Under the pieces are notes generated by a model. It did not search any database. It saw only the letters and a list, made by a program, of their open reading frames with translations, and was not told the DNA's origin. Shown piece after piece: positions 28,649 to 37,347 of a stretch of 64,000 nt of DNA. This DNA is from Candidatus Caldarchaeum sp. (GTDB lineage: Archaea > Thermoproteota > Nitrososphaeria_A > Caldarchaeales > Caldarchaeaceae): contig JAVZZH010000002.1 in the NCBI GenBank assembly GCA_038885755.1, positions 128,001 through 192,000 on the forward strand, read 5' to 3'. Made by a program: the position numbers and the translations under genes. How positions within the stretch are numbered: the first letter of the stretch is position 1; each line of letters starts with the position of its first letter.

Positions 28649-28669
28649 GATTGTGACTAACGGAGGAAA

Positions 28670-28683
28670 GTTATATATATAAC
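28670..28683 (-). promoter_or_regulatory. TATA box (GTTATATATATAAC) of the PLD-like gene
   Basis: Spacing to ATG 28648 fits a leaderless archaeal transcript. Confidence 0.5.
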
Positions 28684-28772
28684 ACTTTCTATACGGATTA
28701 AACAGCAGTTTCCATGTCGTTTGTTTCCTAGGAGGCCGTGCCTCCAGCCACCTCATGTGTCTGTGGTGGGTT

Positions 28773-29225
28773 ATGGAGTGTTTTGTTGGGGCTTCAGGCT
28801 GGTTTTATTCGTGGAACCCTGACGGTAGCCTCGACTGGTTTGTCAGAAACCCGGGGCTCAAAGCCGTCGAGCTTAACATGAGTTTCTACCGTTTTCCCTT
28901 CCCAAACATGCTTCGTTCGTGGGTTGTGAAGGTCGGTGGGCTGAGGTAGAGCATTAAGGTGGCCCGGCTGATAACCCACAACTACAAGTTCGGCGAGAAA
29001 GCTGAAAAGCTTTGGGAAAAAATTCAGAAAACTTTTCACACCACTGGTGCAGCAGATAGATTTTTATCTCTTTCAGCTCCCACCCACCATGACGCAAAAA
29101 CACCTACCAGTCATCATAGCTTTCATCGAGAAAAAGGGCTAGGCCGCAGGTTCGCCCTCGGGCCGCGAAACATCAAATGGTTTGACAAAACCGTCGTCGA
29201 GAAAATCGCCATGCATCAGCCTTGA
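28773..29225 (+). pseudogene. DUF72 (YecE-like) pseudogene
   Basis: VGASGWFY.WN, AVELNMSFYRFP, TAG stop, SIKVARLITH, then FQLPP and PRN..WF in shifted frames. Confidence 0.8.
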
Positions 29226-29329
29226 GCTGATAGACACTATCACCTTGGACAGGTGATAGTCGGCTGCAAACCTGAACTTCTGCAACTGCTGCAGAAGTGC
29301 TAAGACGCAACCCACGCCATCTCCTACCG

Positions 29330-30274
29330 TCAAGACTCCGTCATCAAACCGACAATCCTAAGCCAGTCGTCCTCGGTCAGAGTTCCGAACCTTTTCTCGT
29401 AAACAACCTCGCCATCCGTGTTTATGGCGATGATGGTCTCCTGCACGACTACACGAAGCGCAACTATCAGCTCAAGGCTGGGCTGTGAGACTATCCAGTC
29501 TCTCGGCGCGTTGTGTTGTTCGAGGAATCGCTGTATTTTAGCCGGTGTGTCGGCGGGGTCGAAGCCTGTGAGCAGAACCGTGGCCTTGCCGCGGAACCGA
29601 GGATACGCGTTGCCGAGTGTCGTGATGTTGCGGCTGCATGTAGGGCACCATGTTGCAAAGAAGACGAGTAGAACAGGCTTCCCCATCCCCAACACCTGCG
29701 ACACCGATGTAGGCTTTCCGTCGAGAAGCTTCAGCTCGATGCTGAAAGCAGACGAGTACTCGTCAGCGTGTCTATGCACGTCCACTCTTTCGACGGGTTT
29801 CAAGAATGCTTCGACTGCTTTGTCCCATCCGAAAACCTCTCCTCCATGACTCTTCGCAAACTCGATAGCGGAAGTCATAGACTTGAAGGCGATGTAGCCA
29901 TGCCTCATGGGTGTGTTTACGTCCGAGCCTTTGACAAACCATGCGGAGGATGCTTCAACAGCTTGGTCCACGTCGTAGCAGTTTACCAACACCTTCTCAA
30001 CCCTCGCCGCAGGCCACGTACCCTTGACGGGTTCGATCCTCCCTGTGAAGGAAAGGTAGTGTATAAGCATGCAGCCGACGTCGTCGTAGAAAAGCTGTTT
30101 ACCGTCCACGGTTAGTTGGGCCGCGAACTGTGTTCGCTCGATTTTCATGCCGCAGTAGCTGCATACACGAGCGTCAAGCCAAGGCGGCGTTCGTGGCAGC
30201 GATGTGTAGACGATGTAGGCGGCTCCTGCCGCTGCAGTGGCCAGCGCCGTGGATAGGAGGAGCCGTCTCTTCAT
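29330..30274 (-). CDS. NosL-like copper chaperone fused to a TlpA-like thioredoxin domain
   Basis: Twin-Arg-like N-terminus MKRRLLL; CSYCGM, FYDDVGCM, GSDV.TPM..GYIAF and A.EFAK.HGG; then FFATWCPTC. Confidence 0.82.
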   Translation of the reverse strand: MKRRLLLSTALATAAAGAAYIVYTSLPRTPPWLDARVCSYCGMKIERTQFAAQLTVDGKQLFYDDVGCMLIHYLSFTGRIEPVKGTWPAARVEKVLVNCYDVDQAVEASSAWFVKGSDVNTPMRHGYIAFKSMTSAIEFAKSHGGEVFGWDKAVEAFLKPVERVDVHRHADEYSSAFSIELKLLDGKPTSVSQVLGMGKPVLLVFFATWCPTCSRNITTLGNAYPRFRGKATVLLTGFDPADTPAKIQRFLEQHNAPRDWIVSQPSLELIVALRVVVQETIIAINTDGEVVYEKRFGTLTEDDWLRIVGLMTES

Positions 30275-30493
30275 GGCTGGACTAACCGTGTGGACCTACG
30301 CGTCTTCTTATAACCATTCCACCGCTCCACACCTCTTTACGACGGCTCTCTCCGGCTGAAAGACCACGCTCTGGTTTAGTGTCGTGGCCACCGATGTTGT
30401 TCCAACGGTTTTCTCGGAGCGTCGAGCTGGAAAGATGAAAAACTTAGGCGCTGAAGCCGCAACCGCTGGCAGGCCGGCGACAAGCTTTCTCAA
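30275..30493 (-). pseudogene. Remnant of a plastocyanin-like cupredoxin
   Basis: One frame reads VVFQPERAVVKRCGAVEWL*EDA*VHTVS, matching the cupredoxin F.P....V..G..V.W.N.D...HTV pattern. Two stops and no C-terminal Cys loop. Confidence 0.55.
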
Positions 30494-30495
30494 GG

Positions 30496-31509
30496 CTATT
30501 CGAGGATAAACAGCCCTATCATGCCGGCGTCGGCGTGGCTGACGACGTGGCAGTGGAAGAGGTAGACTCCTGGCTGGTTGAGGACGTAGATTATGGTGTC
30601 GGCTGCGCCGGGAACGAGTGGAACTATTTGTGCGGGCCAGCTTCTTCCGCCGAGGACGTATTGGCTTCGGAGGTCTCCGACGTGAGCGTGGAAGCTGTGG
30701 TAGAGGTCTCCGATGTTTATGATGTGCAGCCTTATTCTTTCGCCTGCTTTCGCCTTGAAGACCGGCATGGATGTGTTGAACAGCTGCGACACGCCCTGCA
30801 GTCCTTTCAACTGTGGAAAGATCTTGCTCTGGCCTAGAAACACCAGCTCGAGCTCGTGCTCGCCGCCGGGAACACCCATGCCGTTCATGATGTAGAACGG
30901 CCGCTGGCCTGTACCTTCGATCGCACCCTTAACAGCAGGCGTCTCCGCCATAAAGATTACGAAGTTGCGGGACGGAGGCTCGTCGATTTCATCGACTATG
31001 ATGGCGCCGTAAAGCCCCATCAGCATGTGGTCAACTATTCTCAAACCGCCGTCGGCTGAGTGGCAGTGGTAATACCATATTCCAGGTTTAGAGGCGGGCC
31101 ATTCGTAGACCCATTCCCCGCCTGGCGGAATCATCGACCCGGCTCCGACGCCTGTGAGGATGTTGACCTGGCTGCCGTCGTGCTTAAGGTCGTAGTATGG
31201 GAGGTGTGGGTGGAGGCTGTGGGTCAGGTTGAGCTTGTTGATGGCCCTAATCCGGATGAGGTCGCCGACTTTGGCGTAGAGTGTAGGGCCTGGAATCGTT
31301 CCGTTATAAGTCCATGCGTTCCAGAAAACTCCCGGAGCTATCTCGATCCTCGCAGGCTCTATGAAGATCGTGTACTCGTGTACGTTGGCTTGCTGAGCTC
31401 TAGCTCCGAACAGGTTTGGGAAAACAGTCGGCGTCCAGAAAATAGCTGTGGCGTATCCTAGCAGGAATCCTGCGGATATCAGTCCAGCTAGAATGTAAGC
31501 GGTCTTCAT
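30496..31509 (-). CDS. Two-domain multicopper oxidase
   Basis: N-terminal TM, YNGTIPGPTL, HSLHPH, WYYHCH...DHMLMGLYG, HSFHAH and YLFHCHVVSHADAGM. Confidence 0.9.
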   Translation of the reverse strand: MKTAYILAGLISAGFLLGYATAIFWTPTVFPNLFGARAQQANVHEYTIFIEPARIEIAPGVFWNAWTYNGTIPGPTLYAKVGDLIRIRAINKLNLTHSLHPHLPYYDLKHDGSQVNILTGVGAGSMIPPGGEWVYEWPASKPGIWYYHCHSADGGLRIVDHMLMGLYGAIIVDEIDEPPSRNFVIFMAETPAVKGAIEGTGQRPFYIMNGMGVPGGEHELELVFLGQSKIFPQLKGLQGVSQLFNTSMPVFKAKAGERIRLHIINIGDLYHSFHAHVGDLRSQYVLGGRSWPAQIVPLVPGAADTIIYVLNQPGVYLFHCHVVSHADAGMIGLFILE

Positions 31510-31575
31510 GTAGAGAGGCGGGGTCTGGCTGGAATATTACCTTGAGCGTCCCGGCTAGACAAATTCATTAGAAAC

Positions 31576-31591
31576 CCCTAACATATTAGGG
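31576..31591. promoter_or_regulatory. Palindrome CCCTAACATATTAGGG in the divergent MCO/regulator promoter
   Basis: 6-bp perfect arms ending 5 nt before the regulator ATG. Confidence 0.4.
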
Positions 31592-31596
31592 ATGTA

Positions 31597-32208
31597 ATGC
31601 TGGAGGCTGTGCTTAAGGTCAGGATAACATGTCCCTGGATGTCAGAGTTGAGTAAACACGCGCCGTCCTTCAAAATTCTAAGCTGCAGGCCCTGCTTCAA
31701 GCAAGACGGTGCTAGCGCAGTCATCACTTTGAAAAGCAGCGAAGACCCAAAAACTCTCCAGTCCATAGTCAAGAGAGTGCCCAACGTCGTGGAGGCGTCT
31801 TTCAGCAAAGTCGGTAAAAGCCGTGGAGTCGGGTTCGTAAAATCCCTCCAGTGTCCGTGCAGCAAGCTAGGGATAAATTACAGCCATGTTCTGAAGATTT
31901 CAGTCGAAGACTGGGGAATGACGTTCCACCTACTCGTGCACAACAAGCAGGAACTCAACGAGTTCCTCACCAGAATCAAAAACACAGGCACAGCCTTCAG
32001 TCTTGTGAAAGTTAAGCAGTTCAGGCCGGACTATTCCCTCACACCACGTCAAGAACAGGCATTGCTTCATGCTTTCCTAAAAGGCTACTTCGAAAGCCCC
32101 CGGCCGGCGTCGGTCAACAAGTTCGCGGAAGACTTCGGAGTCTCAACCCCCACATACACAGAGCTCCTACGCAAGGCTTTGGCTAAGCTTGTCGTTGCCC
32201 ACATGTGA
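31597..32208 (+). CDS. HTH_10 (Bat-like) transcriptional regulator, Cys-rich
   Basis: LTPRQEQAL..AF.KGYFESPR......A..FGVS..T..E.LRKA; CPW, CRPC and CPC in the N-terminal domain. Confidence 0.88.
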   Translation: MLEAVLKVRITCPWMSELSKHAPSFKILSCRPCFKQDGASAVITLKSSEDPKTLQSIVKRVPNVVEASFSKVGKSRGVGFVKSLQCPCSKLGINYSHVLKISVEDWGMTFHLLVHNKQELNEFLTRIKNTGTAFSLVKVKQFRPDYSLTPRQEQALLHAFLKGYFESPRPASVNKFAEDFGVSTPTYTELLRKALAKLVVAHM

Positions 32209-33167
32209 GGATTGAGTTGGAGACGGTGGCGTGCGAAAACCTCGTCAAAACCTTCACCGCGTCGGAGAAGAAGGGGTTTTTCAAGGGCTCGAGAAGAACC
32301 GTGAAAGCTGTTGACGACGTCTCGCTGAGAATACAAAGGGGGGAGGTGTTCGGCCTAGTGGGGCCTAACGGCGCCGGCAAAACCACAACCATCAAGATCC
32401 TCTCAACCCTGCTCATACCCGACAGCGGGAGGGCTTGGGTCAACGGGTTCGATGTTTTGACCGAAGCGGACAAGGTCCGTGAAGTCCTAGGCTTGGTTTT
32501 ATCGCCTGACAAAGGGTTCTACGCGCGGCTGACAGGTGTTGAGAACTTGTCCTACTACGGCAGGCTGTACGGCTTGGATAGAAAAAGCTCACTGGACAGA
32601 GCCAAGGAGCTTGTTGAACTAGTCGGCTTGGGTGAAGACGGTTTTAGAATGTATGACGAGTACAGCCTAGGGATGAAGGCGAAGCTGAGCATAGCCAAGT
32701 CGCTGATACACGACCCTCCGGTAATCTTTCTCGACGAGCCGACCATCGGCCTAGACCCTCTGTCAGCACGTAAGATAAGACAGTTGATAAGCACTCTAGC
32801 TAGGCGGGGAAAAACGATACTTCTCACATCGCATAACATGTGGGAAGTGGAGAGCCTCTCCTCCACCGTGGCTGTGATAAACAACGGCCGGGTGGCTGCA
32901 GTTGGAGCGCCCAACGAGCTTAAGCAAATTCTCGGACTCACGTACACGATCGAGGTGGAGGTTTTGGGCAACGCCGGGCTTGAATCGGAGTGGCGTGTCG
33001 AGATGGGTGAGAGGGGCTATCCTGTCGTAAGGGTGGAGAGCCAGAGACCCAGCGAGGACCTAGTGATGATCGTTGACAAAGTCCGTTCTCAAGGTCTTCA
33101 GGTCGGTTTTGTGAAAGTCCACGAACCGAGCATGGAGGAAGTGTTTACGAAAGTGGTCTCCGGATGA
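32205..33167 (+). CDS. ABC-2 type exporter ATP-binding subunit
   Basis: GPNGAGKTT, YSLGM signature variant, FLDEPT.GLDP and TSH. Confidence 0.93.
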   Translation: MRIELETVACENLVKTFTASEKKGFFKGSRRTVKAVDDVSLRIQRGEVFGLVGPNGAGKTTTIKILSTLLIPDSGRAWVNGFDVLTEADKVREVLGLVLSPDKGFYARLTGVENLSYYGRLYGLDRKSSLDRAKELVELVGLGEDGFRMYDEYSLGMKAKLSIAKSLIHDPPVIFLDEPTIGLDPLSARKIRQLISTLARRGKTILLTSHNMWEVESLSSTVAVINNGRVAAVGAPNELKQILGLTYTIEVEVLGNAGLESEWRVEMGERGYPVVRVESQRPSEDLVMIVDKVRSQGLQVGFVKVHEPSMEEVFTKVVSG

Positions 33168-33940
33168 AGCTGCTTAACAAGTTTCTCGCAGTGCTTGAGG
33201 CCGAGCTGAAAGCCTACGTGCGAGAGGCAGGGCCTCTGGTGTTCATGTCTTCCTTCCCCTTCTTCTTCTCATCCATCACATTCAGCGTCGGCTCTGTTTT
33301 AAGCGAGGGGAAAGCGACACCGCAAGACTGGTTTTACCAGCTAATCGGGTTCTCTGTAATGACCATATCGATAACGATGACCAGCGCATCGGCTTGGTAC
33401 TTCAGGCGAGGAGTTTTGACTGGAAGACTTGAATACCTCATGGCGGCGCCCGTAAACCCGATCAACACGGTGATGGCGGCTTCTCTCGCTCATGTAATCG
33501 TCGGGTTGCTAAGCTTCATGGTTGTAGGGTTCATAGGCGTAATCATGGTTTACGGAGCAGCGCGTCTGGTAAACCTAGCGGCAGCCCTCCTGCTGATCTT
33601 CCTAGCCTTGCTTCCCGTGGTCGGGATAAACTTAATCGTGGGAACACTTACGATAATCTTCAAGGAACCTGAACCTGTATCGGGTACGGTGAACGCGGTC
33701 GTAGCGGCCACGTCAGGCTTCGTTTACCCCATCACGCTTCTACCAGCCGTTCTACAGTTAATCGGGAAAACACTACCATACTTCCACGTGGTTGAAGCCG
33801 CAAGGTCCATGATAACACACCACGTTGAAGCAGCACAGCTAACCAACATACTCCTACTCCTGACCTACCTAGCTCTCGGTCTAGCCGTTTACAGGCTAGG
33901 TGAAAACCATTATGCTAGAAAAGTCGGCATACATCAGTAA
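33164..33940 (+). CDS. ABC-2 type exporter permease
   Basis: Six TM, GRLEYLMAAP and SGFVYPITLLP; start overlaps the ATPase stop. Confidence 0.85.
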   Translation: MKLLNKFLAVLEAELKAYVREAGPLVFMSSFPFFFSSITFSVGSVLSEGKATPQDWFYQLIGFSVMTISITMTSASAWYFRRGVLTGRLEYLMAAPVNPINTVMAASLAHVIVGLLSFMVVGFIGVIMVYGAARLVNLAAALLLIFLALLPVVGINLIVGTLTIIFKEPEPVSGTVNAVVAATSGFVYPITLLPAVLQLIGKTLPYFHVVEAARSMITHHVEAAQLTNILLLLTYLALGLAVYRLGENHYARKVGIHQ

Positions 33941-34712
33941 GATAGCTGCAGAGGTTGAAAGAGGGCTGAAAACCTATGCAAGGTACGGTGCGTGGCTTGC
34001 ATCAGACGTCATACAGTGGCCTTTCTGGACAGTTTTCTTCTTCCTATCGATTATGATGTATTCACCGGACCTGCTGTCGTCGAAACCGTTGATAAACATC
34101 CTTTCATGGAGCTTTTTCGCATTCGTGTTCGTCTCGTCGTTCCTGTGGGCTGCAAGCTCCGTCGTCATGGAAGTCCAGCAAGGTATAATTGAGCAGCTTA
34201 TACTCGCGAAGACATCCCTGCGTCTCCACCTCGTGGGAAGAACCGTGATAACAGTCCTAGACATCCTCGTGGGCGGCGTCATTCTACTGCTGTTGTCATC
34301 CCTCATCTTCGGGGCGGAGCTAACGATAATTCATCCCACGCTCTTCATAGCTTCGACAGCCATAGCCTTCATCTTCTTTCTCTCATTCACCTCCGTTTTA
34401 ACAGCCTTACTCATCGCAGTGAGGTCTCCTTGGATCGTCGTGTCCATCATGCAGTTCATAATCCCCTTCTCCAGCGGCGGAATCCCTGTACAGCTACTCC
34501 CACGGGAAGCCGCCAGAATAGTCCTACTCTCCCCCTTCTTCTACGTCATACATCCAATAGTAGCTTCAGCGACAAACTCCTTCTACATCCCGGCCGAGAA
34601 CTTAATCGCTGCATCGGCGGTCCTCACAGCCATCATGTTCTTTGCAAGCATCTACATCGAAAGAACACTGATAAACAGAACCCTTAAAAAAGGAAAGTTC
34701 ACAGTGTTCTGA
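33900..34712 (+). CDS. ABC-2 type exporter permease (second subunit)
   Basis: Six TM, E.QQGIIEQL and SGGIPVQLLP; probable start ATG 33912. Confidence 0.85.
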   Translation: MKTIMLEKSAYISKIAAEVERGLKTYARYGAWLASDVIQWPFWTVFFFLSIMMYSPDLLSSKPLINILSWSFFAFVFVSSFLWAASSVVMEVQQGIIEQLILAKTSLRLHLVGRTVITVLDILVGGVILLLLSSLIFGAELTIIHPTLFIASTAIAFIFFLSFTSVLTALLIAVRSPWIVVSIMQFIIPFSSGGIPVQLLPREAARIVLLSPFFYVIHPIVASATNSFYIPAENLIAASAVLTAIMFFASIYIERTLINRTLKKGKFTVF

Positions 34713-34846
34713 ATCTTTCGTTCAAGAGCTAAAAGCTTACATCAGGAATGATTGAGTAGGTCGAGCTTGAAGCCGCAGGAAAGCAGTCTGTTGAAAATAA
34801 TTGCTCTTGAAGGTGGATGCTGGGATGCCGGTATGTCTGATAGGCG

Positions 34847-35155
34847 ACCACGCTGCTCAACGGGTTCAACAAGCCCGACGAGGGCCGGATAAAGCTCAAC
34901 TCCCTGCTGCTGAACAAAACACCGCCTTTCAAGAGAGCTAAACACATATGACGAGTTTTTCAGCTACTCTGCACGCATGACCGTCGCGGAAAACCTCATG
35001 GTCGTCGAGATGAACGAGGGCAAGGCCCGGGAACTGCTCGAACCCGTGCAGCTCAGCCACTTAATATGCCTCAACCTTTCGGGCGGGCAGCAAAAACTTC
35101 TTGAATTCGCCCGAAACCTGATGATGAGCCCTTAGATAGCCTTGATGGACGAAGG
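34847..35155 (+). pseudogene. Branched-chain amino acid ABC ATPase (LivG-like) remnant
   Basis: TTLLNGFNKPDEGRIKLN ... MTVAENLMV ... NLSGGQQKLLEFARNLMMSP*IALMDE, with internal deletions and a stop. Confidence 0.7.
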
Positions 35156-35705
35156 CGCCCAAGGATGCAAGAAAATCAGCTACGAAGTTGTTGAACAGCT
35201 TGGTTGGAGGACTGCATCATCCAGCTCACCGCCTACGGCGAGTGGCGAGGCATCAACGAATTCCATACGCTGGGTCTGGTTGAAAGCCTTCCCGTGATGG
35301 TTGCCGCAGAGCCTGAGGCGGGAGGGCCTCTTTACCGCTCGATGATGCAGCCTAGGGAAACCCTAGTAGGGACAGAGACCGAGAAATGTGTCGCTTTCTC
35401 GATAGCGGGAAGCATCACAGGCCCTCAGAGCTGTGAAGGCTTCTCGTCTCCGAGGAGTATGTTCTTCAGGCTCAGAGCCTCACCGCCACCTCGGGAGGAA
35501 TACTGGCGGAAGCATCCTCAGCCGCAGGCGTCGCTGCCGTCAAGAAGCTCAGGGAGGAGGGAAGGACGACATCGTGGTGTGTGTTCTGACCTCGACGGGG
35601 CTGAAGGGCCTCGGAAACAGGAAACGACAGTTGGCTGAAATCCCGACCATAGAGCCTGTCTGGAGCGAGCTACAACGTGTCCTGAAACATACGTATGGAG
35701 GCTAG
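35156..35705 (+). pseudogene. Threonine synthase-like PLP enzyme, C-terminal remnant
   Basis: QGCKKISYEVVEQLGW, GINEFHTLGLVESLPVMVA, GILAEASSAAGVAAVKKL and IVVCVLTSTGLK are spread over different frames. Confidence 0.7.
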
Positions 35706-35708
35706 GGT

Positions 35709-36755
35709 TTATTCGACAACGTCCTTAAAAACCCATGAAAGGTCTGGCCTGCGCGCTCTTTCGCTGACCCTCTCGTTCAAAGCATGCACAAGCACGGGAA
35801 GAGCTATCGTGGCGTCGCAGAAACACTGAACAGCATATCCTTCGGATGACTCCTTACCCCAGCTCTTACCCTCCTCCAACGTAGCTCCAGACAACCCACC
35901 CCATTGAGGGCTGTCGGTCGTTATCTGGACAGCGAAACGGTGAGGCCTCGTCCTGAAGGCGTCGCCACTCTCGAGGATGTCCACAGCCACTGCGGACAGC
36001 TGTATAAAATCTTTAGGGACGCCGCCGCCTATGAAGACCGCAGCACTGTTCCTGAAAGCCTCCTTTATCCTAACCAGCTGCTCATAGTCCTTAAAATGGT
36101 CTAAAACCAGCCTGAAACTAGGCCTTCTATGCTTGTTGATTAAGTAAGCCACGCCGTATCCGCTGTCTTCTATCGCAGGGCTGAAGACCGGGACACGCGA
36201 CCTGTAGGCCGCCTGCACTATGCCCTTGATGTTTCTGTCGTCAAGCCATTTGCCGAAGAGGTGGAGAAACTCCGCTGAAGACATAGGATCCCGACCGTCA
36301 AGCGTAAGCATAAAGTCGGCAATCAGTTCCTCCATCTTGATGTATTCTTTCTCCTTCACGAAAACGTCGTGAAACCTGTATATTCCGTTCCGACGCAGAA
36401 AGTCGTCGTCTATGAACTGCGTGCCCACGTAGTAGTTGAAACCCATGGCTGCGATAAGGTCCTCGGATATGTTGGCCCCGGTCGAGACAACCACGTCGAC
36501 AAACCTGTTCTCGATAAGCCATTTCACAAGCTTCCACTGACCCGTCGTGCTGAGCGAGCCGGCGTAGCCGAGCATGATTACTGTGTCGTCAGTCTTCAGA
36601 GCAGCCTCCCACACATCGGCAGCGAGGCCGAGGTTGCGTCCTTGAAAACCAGTATCCCTCATATCCTTCAAAAGCTGTGAGATAGTTTTCTCACCGATCT
36701 CAACAGCCTTTAACGGGTCCTTCAGCAAGTTCTCAACACTTCTCTCCACAATCAT
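35709..36755 (-). CDS. dys: Deoxyhypusine synthase family protein
   Basis: GFQG..LG, VSTGANI, PAIEDS, GGGVPKDF, GGLSGATLEE..SWGK (catalytic Lys) and DATIALP. Confidence 0.88.
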   Translation of the reverse strand: MIVERSVENLLKDPLKAVEIGEKTISQLLKDMRDTGFQGRNLGLAADVWEAALKTDDTVIMLGYAGSLSTTGQWKLVKWLIENRFVDVVVSTGANISEDLIAAMGFNYYVGTQFIDDDFLRRNGIYRFHDVFVKEKEYIKMEELIADFMLTLDGRDPMSSAEFLHLFGKWLDDRNIKGIVQAAYRSRVPVFSPAIEDSGYGVAYLINKHRRPSFRLVLDHFKDYEQLVRIKEAFRNSAAVFIGGGVPKDFIQLSAVAVDILESGDAFRTRPHRFAVQITTDSPQWGGLSGATLEEGKSWGKESSEGYAVQCFCDATIALPVLVHALNERVSERARRPDLSWVFKDVVE

Positions 36756-36795
36756 GCTAGTTTTAGTTGATTAGATTCTTTATAATTGTATCTTT

Positions 36796-37347
36796 TTAGC
36801 GGCGGCGACGCTGCTTGGCAAGCATGATTGCTTTCTCAGCGGCTTCAGCAGGGTCTTCGACGTAGACTGCGGCGATGTGCTTCCGGTGGTCGAGGTATCC
36901 GTCGGGATGCGTCTGCTTGAGAAGGTCTGATGGATAACCCGTCCCCGTAAGGATTACTAAAGGTATACGATATACGTATGCCAGATGCGCTTCGACTATA
37001 GTGCCCGACCCTCCGCCGAGGACGACGAAGCTGTCGCTGCTTCTCACGAGCCCGATGCTCCGTGCTTGGAAGGTCTGACCGCTGCGGTAGACTATTGTGT
37101 TGTAAGGGTTGTAGCGCGGGTTCGACTCGTCTATCTGCTCGTCCTCGTATGGGATGACGCCGACGGTTATGCCGCCGCGTTTGAAAAACTCCTCGCATAC
37201 AACACGCATCAAGCCGCCGTCTCCGCCCGTCAGCAAAACAACATCATCACGGTAGTCGGCGAGCCTGACAGCAAACCTCCTCGCCTTCTCAACGGCCTGA
37301 GTATGAGGGTTCTTGTCGCTCGAGCAGCCGACGCCTATCTGAAGCAT
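36796..37347 (-). CDS. LOG/SLOG family protein (TIGR00725-like)
   Basis: LTGGDGGLM, GGITVGVIP, R...LVRSSD and GGGSGTIVE. Confidence 0.85.
   Translation of the reverse strand: MLQIGVGCSSDKNPHTQAVEKARRFAVRLADYRDDVVLLTGGDGGLMRVVCEEFFKRGGITVGVIPYEDEQIDESNPRYNPYNTIVYRSGQTFQARSIGLVRSSDSFVVLGGGSGTIVEAHLAYVYRIPLVILTGTGYPSDLLKQTHPDGYLDHRKHIAAVYVEDPAEAAEKAIMLAKQRRRR

Noticed and set aside
30496-31509. Calling the MCO a copper nitrite reductase (nirK)
   Set aside because: Both domains carry HxH and HCH trinuclear-cluster motifs, which NirK does not have in domain 2.
29330-34712. A nos (N2O reductase) cluster
   Set aside because: No nosZ or nosD in the window, and the ABC genes lack anything NosFY-specific that I can recognise.
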